Part shown: in pieces, positions 55,883 to 64,000 of the stretch | Position numbering within the stretch: the first letter of the stretch is position 1 | Layout: each line of letters begins with the position of its first letter | Source of the DNA: Eledone cirrhosa | Taxonomy: Eukaryota | Length of the DNA stretch: 64,000 bases | Direction of reading: 5' to 3' | Assembly (NCBI GenBank): GCA_964016885.1 | Contig: OZ024742.1 | Coordinates: forward strand, 356,066,001-356,130,000 | Program-made: the position numbers and the translations under genes | The notes under the pieces: model-generated | What the model saw: the letters and a program-made list of their open reading frames with translations, nothing else | Databases searched by the model: none | What the model was told of the DNA's origin: nothing

Positions 55883-56145
55883 TAGGACAGGTAACATTTC
55901 TGAGATCCATGGACGAGTTCTCTCCAGCAGTCTCTGTCCCTCATTATCACTGCGATGTCCTGCATCTCCAACAGACCAGTGTCTGTCCTTAGGACATCAA
56001 CATATGTTAACCTTAGTCTTCCTCTTCCAGTGTGTCCATGTTGGGGCTCCCATAGGAGCACTGAGTGCAGTGTCAACTCTGGATGTCGGTGAGCATGTCC
56101 AGCTAACCTCAGTCTCCTCTGTGCTACTCTCGAGCTGACTTTTGT
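55883..56145 (-). mobile_element. RTE/RTEX-like LINE 3' fragment
   Basis: RRLRLAGH...VLLWEPQHGHTGRGRLRLTYVDVLRTDTGL...MRDRDCWR. Confidence 0.8.
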
Positions 56146-56149
56146 AATT

Positions 56150-56720
56150 TAAACACAAGGCCAACAATTAAATTGTCCTCAGTAGAATTAAGGACAAAGT
56201 TGATACCAGTGGAATTTGAATGTAGAATATAAAGTACCACAACTAATTGCTGCAATTAATTTTGTTCAAGGCTTGCATGATTCTGCCAATACACCAATAA
56301 TCATTGATTCTGATTTAGGTACAAAGCCATCAATGGAAAGTCGATTAAACCAACCCTGGTACATTATTTCATTGACCCCATAAGAATGAAAGGCGAAACT
56401 AACCTCAGCGGGATTTGAACTCAGAAAGTAAAGGGCCATGACTATGCTACGAAGCATGGTGTGCAATGCTCTACCAACACTGCCAATACACTAATAATAA
56501 TAAAAACAAGTATTGTTTCTTATATTGGCATAAGATAAGAAATATTTTGGATGGATTAGTTGATTAGAACTACTGCAGTCCTGGACTGGTATTTTATCAA
56601 CCCTGGATAGTGGAAAGGCAAAGCTGATGGTGAAGGTACTTCAAGTAATAATGTGCTCAACTCGTACTGAATATGATTCAGTATTTTCTCAGAGGCTCTA
56701 ATATTCTGCTATACTATAGT
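56150..56720 (-). mobile_element. Cluster of SINE copies
   Basis: GATTTGAACTCAGAA..CTGCCAAT motifs repeated. Confidence 0.7.
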
Positions 56721-57493
56721 GTAGAATTTAGATGAGATTGGAAGAAATAACAAGGCCACAAACTTGGCGGAAGGCTGTCAATGAAATCAACCCAACAATT
56801 TGATTGGTGCTTTATTTTGTTGACCTGAAAGGATAAAAGGCAACATTTATGCTTTGAAATCAGAACACAAAGAAACAAGAAAATAATGCATTAAATATGT
56901 TCAGTGATTTAAATGTCAATCCACCAAACTATATGTTGTGGCCGGCACAGATCTTTTATATTGACTTCAGATCCTGATTGGGTCTTAGTCTATTAGCTAG
57001 AGAGAGATGAACTGCAAATTACATGATAATGAAATTCAAATTCAGGATATAAAAAATAAGCAAATAATAATAATCATTTCTTTACTTACCAAAATATCCT
57101 AATTCAAAAGAATGAATGGTGAATTCTTTGCTTGCAAAGATCAGTGGCAAGAATTGTTGTCCTGTTCTGTGTGACATTCTCTGAGGTGGCTGTAGAGGCC
57201 AATCCTAGACCCACAGGTTAGGGTACAGCTGGGCAGTTTTGAGGAGGGCAGCAAGATAGCAGCTGAAGACAAACATCAAAGAAGAAAGCTGTCAACCACC
57301 CAACCACCATTCAAAAGAGTTAAAAACAAAATCTCAGGGTCCAGACTACCTCGTGGGGCTTCTCCATTACAGATATATATTATGTTAGCACCCTGGGACA
57401 AATTTCTTTGCTTATGTGTTTGAATCATTCCTCATTGAATGAGTGATGTTAGAAAATGGGATTATATTGAATATCCCTATAACACTGCTTCTT

Positions 57494-57537
<44 letters not shown>

Positions 57538-58781
57538 CTTCGATAGGTTTTAACTAGTATTGGCTCAGGCAATCTCTAACTTAATAGCACCACCTGGCGA
57601 AGTCTGTCTCATCATTATACACATCGCAGTCTAGTTTTCGAAACCATGTAGTTCACCAACACTAGAGCGGTTGTCATGCACACGACACAACTTAAAATCC
57701 CTTTGACTCTTTCGCCATGGGACCCGCCCCATTGCCAATCACCTAACAGGGTGTACTAGGAATATTTATTGAAGAGCCCTCTAGTGCCAAGTGTAGAGGG
57801 AGTTGACTGACTGAGGATGTGATGAGGATCCTCAAAAGTGATAACAGCTATTAATGTTACACAGCTGGTTTTTTAGAGTGTAAAAGCATATCGTAGACAG
57901 TTGTTGGTGACCAGAATGTAAGTGTTAGGATTTAGAAGAGTGAAAGTGACATTGCATAGAATAGAAGTGGAGTGTACATTGATGAGAAAACTACATTTGA
58001 TGAGGGTTGTGAGTGGTGGGGGAGTCTTAATGAGGTTAGCTGCTAAAGAGTGAAAGCAAAAACATAGGATATTGACTTGGTCAGGTCAGGCTTTAATATC
58101 TGTGACCTGGAGAGTGGAGATTGATATATATGGATGACTACTAGTCTTCTACAAGAACACCTTGCCTAGGAATATTCTAGGAGCAAAGACATGACTGAAG
58201 GGGGCATATGATAGTAAACATTCTAATGGAATGTGGACATCTTATAATAAACAGATCATGGTACTGTCTATCATTAATTGAAGTTAATTGATCATGGCTA
58301 CTTGCTTGACACTTGAACTTCTAGTTTTCATTAACACTGTGTATTAGTCTTTGAATTAACATAATAGTGTGTACGATTTCTACTGTGGATGATATATATG
58401 TAGGTGGCTTTTAAATATTTTAATGTGTTCACATTGACGTCATTATCAAAATGCTGTAGGTCTAAAAGACTAAATTTGGATATTACATTTTTAAAATTCT
58501 CAAATATTTTATTTGAGTTGTTTATAGAAATCAGACATTAAGATTTAATTGTTAATTTCATTGGAGCTGTGTGTCCATTCATCGTCTGTTGTTTCATTAT
58601 ATATTCTTTTTCTTCCATATTATCTGTGCTGCTTATATATCAAACTAACTGCGTTGTTTCATTCTCAATCTGTTTACATTGATACTCATACATGTTTTGC
58701 ATGTGTTTTCATATCTTTTCCAAAGTACTGAATCAAATGACGAAAGTCACATGCATCTTTCCAGATATATGTGACTTTTAT

Positions 58782-59532
58782 AGCCCACAGGATTCATTGA
58801 CTTGTCTCTATTTTCCTCTCTTTACGTTGCATACGACCATGTGTTTGTTTCCTTCCCTCTGTTTTCCCACTGTCCCGATAACTTAATTGAGTTATCGCTC
58901 GCACTGATTTTAGGTATCTAGTCTTTAATGCGTCGAAATACCAACGATAATCAGCAGACTACTGAAGAAGACATTTTACCCCTTGTCTATTTTTATTCAT
59001 ATGTTCATGTTTACAACAACGCAGCACGCCATTCTTCATTCAGATATTTTTTTCCCTTCGCTGTGGTTCGTATTTTTTCTGTCACTTTACTGCTATCACC
59101 TTTTCTCTCTCCTTCACCTCTTGCCTTCCTCAACTCCTGCTGCTGGTCACTCACACTCGGCTGGCCTTCCTCCCACTTTCACTCACTCCCTCTATGCTTC
59201 TCCCCCCTCTCACTTCCTCCTGTCTGACCTGCTTGAATTTCTTTCCTCTCTCACTCTTCTCGCGGCTCGGACGTGCCTATTTCTCCTCGCCAATTTGATA
59301 TGGTGGGCTTAAGCCCACAGGATTCATTGACTTGTCTCTATTTTCCTCTCTTTACGTTGCATACCACCATGTGTTTGTTTACTTCCCTCTGTTTTCCCAC
59401 TGTCCCGATAACTTAATTGAGTTATCGCTCGCACTGATTTTAGGTATCTAGTCTTTAATGCATCGAAATACCAACGATAATCAGCAGACTACTGAAGAGG
59501 ACATTTTACCCCTTGTCTATTTTTATTCATAT
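58782..59532. repeat. 221-bp direct repeats (period 530 bp) around a CT-rich core; partial-tandem/pLTR- or TRIM-like element
   Basis: 58782-59002 versus 59312-59532 with 4 mismatches; ends at (TA)n. Confidence 0.9.
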
Positions 59533-60169
59533 ATATATATATATATCATCATTTAACATTTATTTTCCCTATTAGCAATTGTTGCACAGATCGTCACAAA
59601 ACATGTCAATACTTAATTGAAGCTATTGATCTTTCCAGTGGGCCAGAGGGCCTGCATCTTGCTTCAATTTGCTCCAAAACTTTACCGAGTATTTCAGTTA
59701 TATTTTATTGTGGCACTGTCAAGTGTTGGTAATATTGTTGATACAGTTGAGGAGCCTTTCCTGTCTTTGATGCATCTATTATAGAGATAATTACCACTAG
59801 AGAGTATTTTATGGTCTTGGTGTAATTGAAGAGACCTCCTGAACCTTTTTTGAAATAGTTTCTACAGCTGGATGGTCTTCCTATCACTACTAATATTACA
59901 GGTTACACTTGATAGATTTATTGTGACACCAGAACAAGAGCGGTTGTCTTGTTACAACTTGAGGATTCGCTCAATCCTTTTAAACATGATTTCTATAGCG
60001 TGAAGCCCTTCCTAGTCACTTTACTGTTAGAATTGACCGAGAAGTACATATCACTTTTATCTTAGCAGGCAGAATTCTGTGTTGAGCAGCAACTACCTCA
60101 ACGACTGACATACTGAACTCCCATCTAGTATCACAAAATTTCTTTAGAGGAAATGTTTTCTTTAACGCC

Positions 60170-60550
60170 CATTTATTTCTGAGAGGGTCGTGGGGGCAGC
60201 ATCCTCAAACACTCCTTCCAGCGGGTCCTGTTAGAAGACACCATCTCCAACTTACTCAGCTGAATTCCAAAGCATGACCATCCAAACTCTTGGATGTTAT
60301 CCAACTGTATTGCTCGAGGTCTACCCCTGGGTCTCCTGCCAGTTGGTTTTGCCCATAAAATCTGTCCAGCGATTCTTTCCCAAAACATTCTAACATTGTG
60401 CCCATAGTATCGGAGCTGCGATCTCTAAATCTGGTGAAGTAGCGGATATACCTGGAGTGACTCTCTGATCTCCAAGCTATGCTCTCAATTGAGTAACGTT
60501 ACTCCAAATATCCTTCAGAGGAATCCATTCCAGCCACCACTTGTATTCAG
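60170..60550 (-). mobile_element. RTE-type LINE 3' fragment
   Basis: QILWAKPTGRRPRGRPR...NRTRWKECLRMLPPRP. Confidence 0.8.
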
Positions 60551-60711
60551 AAATGTGATAGATATAATATAATTGTGTTGTTCATTTTATACTAAATGAA
60601 GAAATAAACTACCAGAAAACTAAAATATATTTTTTATTAGAGTTAAAAACAACAAAAATTTGGTTTCACTACTGTTGCTTACAGCATCAGTTATATATAT
60701 ATATATATATA

Positions 60712-60912
60712 TAGGAAAAGGTTCAGAACCCCGACGGCAGAGCTCAAGCCGTTTTGAAGGCTATTTCTGGACAGTCCAGAAATAGCAGTCAAAACGCCTT
60801 GAGCTCTGACATTGGGGTCCTGAACCTTTTCCTATTACCCACTCTACTACCCAAAGTATCGAGTACTCTGGTGTGTTATGGTCCACCTGGTTCCCTACCA
60901 TGCTTCCTTCGT
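60712..60912 (+). mobile_element. Fold-back element (61-bp palindrome arms + conserved tail)
   Basis: 60712-60772 and 60774-60834 are inverted with 7 mismatches; tail shared with 46909-46990; (TA)n flanks. Confidence 0.85.
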
Positions 60913-60944
60913 TATATATATATAATCAGCTGTGCTGAATAGGA

Positions 60945-61582
60945 CCCGTTCAATCCTTGCAAGCAGGGAAAAGCGGATGTAAAATGATGATCATGATGAT
61001 CACCACTATTTAAGGTGCATTTATCCATGCTAGCATGGGCTAGACGAGTTGTCCTGTTGTGAGAAATGCCATGTCAGGTGACCTTGTCTTGCTCCCACAG
61101 AACTGATTTTGGCTTTGTTTCTACAGCTGGATGCCTTTCCTAATGCCAACCACATTTATAGTGAGTACTGGATGCTTTTGTCATGATGCCTACACAACCA
61201 CTTTACTGTGTGGGCTAGGTGCCTATATGACCACTTTACTGTGTGGTCATATATAAATCCTTCAGTCATGAATGACAATGGTATTTACCCCTAGAAAGTT
61301 CCTCTCCCGAGGTACAAGTTTGGGCACGGTTCCTTTGTGAAAGTCCAGCAGTTGCCCATGCATATGGCTCTCCCCTTTCCATGCCACCAACATTGTCTAA
61401 TTGAAAGGCACTGATTGATTACATCTGGGCACCCATGATGTTGCAACTCATTTCTGTAGGCGAGTAAACTGAAGCAACGTGAAATAAAGTGTCTTGCTCA
61501 AGAGCACAATGCAGTCCCAGTTTGGGAATCACTCACAACCCCACGTTTGCATACCCAATGCCTAACCATTAAGCCTTGCCTT
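60945..61582 (-). mobile_element. Nested SINE/RTE-tail fragments
   Basis: RTE tail (+) 60945-61000, RTE tail (-) 61000-61250, tRNA-SINE (-) 61258-61582. Confidence 0.75.
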
Positions 61583-61605
61583 CTCTCTCTCTCTCTCTTT
61601 CTCTT

Positions 61606-61637
<32 letters not shown>

Positions 61638-61694
61638 TCTTCTCTCTTCTTTCTCTCTCTCTTTCTCTGTCTCTCTCTCTTTCTCCTCTCTCTT

Positions 61695-61738
<44 letters not shown>

Positions 61739-61793
61739 TCTTTCTCTTCTCTCTTTCTCTCTCTCTTTCTCTCTCTTTCTCTCTCTCTCTCTC
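61580..61793. repeat. (CT)n-rich simple repeat
   Basis: Direct reading. Confidence 0.95.
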
Positions 61794-62437
61794 AGAGAGA
61801 CCATTCAGGTGAACAAAATGAATTCTGTGCCATCAATCTGTTCATAATTTCAAGTATCTTTTGAAATTTGGAAACATTAATGAAAAATAAAGACAGTTTT
61901 ATTTACAATTTCTACATGTAATTAATGTTTTTGTAGATAATTTTCTGCTGCAGTATTAACTAAAACCAAATATCTACTTAGTCTCTCTGTAATTCTATAC
62001 TCATTCAATTAATATACTTCCATAAGTAATAAAACTTTTGTTGAGAGATATATTTTCATTAATATATATTCTGTTAAAAGTTATTTCTTTTCTATACATG
62101 CTGTGTTAGCTTACAAATCAGTGACTTTAATTACTTCAATTAGAAATCTAGATCTTATATTTATTTCTGCTTGGAAAATAATAAAAACTTTATCTTAAAA
62201 ACATCAAGTTAGATAGCTGAAACATTTCTTGCTGTGTTGTAAATATTCAGGTTTAAAATATCAGCATTGATGCTAAAAACCTTACTTTTAGCAGACTAGT
62301 TCCTAGTCTAGTGCTTCACATTTGTTTCAGTGTTCACTTCACACCATTCCACTTTTACTCAACATAACAAAACCTGGAAATATATCCAAAATGTACAATG
62401 CTTGGCACCCTTAATAAATTTATGAATAGCAGTTTAA

Positions 62438-62647
62438 CCCTTTAGCATTTAAACCGGCTGTACCTGGACAAAATTCTTTCACCTCTTTCTGTTCAAACTG
62501 GCTGTAACCTCATACTAATGTTAAGGTATTGTACGAAAAATCAATATCAAAATCTCATAGATTCATTATTATGAGATAGTTATGTGAGGTAAAGTCTTTG
62601 CCACAAAAATACAATAGTAAATATAGATTAATGTAAATGCTAAACGG
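62438..62647. mobile_element. piggyBac-like MITE
   Basis: TTAA TSD on both sides; TIRs CCCTTTAGCATTTA / TAAATGCTAAACGG. Confidence 0.8.
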
Positions 62648-63774
62648 TTAAGACCCTAGAATCTGTAAATCAGAATGGAAAGGAGTCCCTTTATCCACAA
62701 ATATCTTAAATTCCTTTTGTCTTAGATCAGAATAATAATCATGAACCTATGGTAGAAGAGTCAACAGTGACAAATGATGGGGTTTCTTAATTATATAAAT
62801 AGCAACAATATTCTTTGACTTCTATCCTCTTAATAGAAATCAATATTCATGATTTCTAAAAGAAACATTTATACATAGAAAAACTGAGACATATTTCTTC
62901 TAAAACGATTTTCTGATATACAAAAATATAAGCAGATTAGACTGAAAGTTTTTTACTTATTTTAGGAATTAGTAAGTTTTAAAGCTACAAGAAAGGAGAG
63001 TTGAGGAGACTTTGCTATTTTTGATTTCAATTTAAACATTCAATCATTTTTACTTATGTCAATATTACTTTTTAGATGTTTTTTTTTTATTCTAAAAAAA
63101 TATTCAAAAATGATAAATTATGATGTTTAGTAATCTCCAACAATGAATTATTTTTTCATGGAACAACTAGGCCTCATTTTAAGAAATTATTTTTCTCTGC
63201 CTGATGCATGTTAACATTCTGTAGAGTGTCAGTTAAGTAAATAAGAGTGCTTATAGATAATTGGATGTAACTTGATCATATAATTCAGTTCTGATCCTGA
63301 TTATATTAAGATGAGCAACAACCTGTAGCAGACTGATGTGATGTGCTGTCTCTCATTACACATTCAACAGTATCAATCTCCCTGTCATGAGGGAGCCAAT
63401 AGGGTTTATGTCCATTACCTTCTTCCTTGAATGTACTTTAATAATAATTTCTTTATTAGCCACGCATGGCTTAAATGAAGAAAAACATTAAGAATAGTAA
63501 AGACAAAACAGGATGAAAAGTAGAGTTTTTAGTATGTAAAAAATTCATAGAACGAAATATAAAAACAAATTCAAACAAAGTAAATTCTTCAGAAGGGAGG
63601 ACTTCTGAGGGTGACACATGGAGAAAGCCTGTAAAAACCCATGATGAATATAAACATTTTTGGCTAATCAGAATAATTTTTAGAATGTAAAGTTACAATT
63701 ATAAATAATAAAAGCAAAATTAGTTTCACCCTAACATAGTGGATACTTACAATCATGAGAAATATTTCTAACAT

Positions 63775-64000
63775 TCTTCTTCTTTCTCAATGAGACATGG
63801 GCTTATCCTAGGTCAGTGGTGCTAGAGGCATCCTCATGCAAAGAACCAACCAGGTCCACCAGTGGCCTCCATCACTGGTAGTCCTATGCAAGCCTCCATG
63901 GATCCTCTGATAATCTTCCTTGATGATATCCAGCCATCTGGTGCAGGCCCTGCTGTTGGGCCTCTTCTGGCCAGTAGCTGCTGTGTCAAATGACAGGAAG
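63775..64000 (-). mobile_element. Probable old RTE-type LINE 3' end
   Basis: Minus-strand peptide TRWLDIIKED after an R-P-rich motif; (GAA)n-like tail. Confidence 0.5.

Noticed and set aside
57592-57655. Hammerhead-like CTGGCGA...GAAACCATGTA (also ~7372-7425)
   Set aside because: Core altered and stems I/II cannot be paired convincingly.
61547-61864. SL/ER-rich ORFs
   Set aside because: Translations of the (CT)n repeat.
62966-62971. Candidate 6-nt microexon TTTAG|GAATTA|GTAAGT
   Set aside because: A similar 9-nt candidate occurs on the opposite strand near 57090, so such matches are likely background in AT-rich DNA; needs RNA-seq.

Overview
This is AT-rich eukaryotic DNA with no recognisable host gene, so it is probably intronic or intergenic. 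The tRNA-SINE families, RTE LINEs and very large (TA)n tracts suggest an octopus or other coleoid genome (inference only). About 18 kb (27086-45138) is a degenerate (TA/TG) microsatellite containing a 200-N gap, and all long Tyr/Ile-rich ORFs come from it. The rest is a mosaic of decayed mobile elements: a Naiad-type Penelope-like element (PLE) arranged as a 1.2-kb inverted repeat, several RTE LINEs (one near full length with internal deletions, one lineage with a PHD finger inside ORF2), CRE-like RLE fragments, a Tc1/mariner relic, MITEs and many SINEs. The most interesting signal is a recurring class of small non-coding elements inserted in (TA)n. They carry hammerhead-ribozyme motifs, including a complete long-stem-III GUC hammerhead and U3-A8 variants. 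They are repeatedly built as head-to-head, fold-back or twin-primed inversions with arms from 16 bp to 1.2 kb. This looks like a PLE-driven, retrozyme-like system that targets (TA)n.
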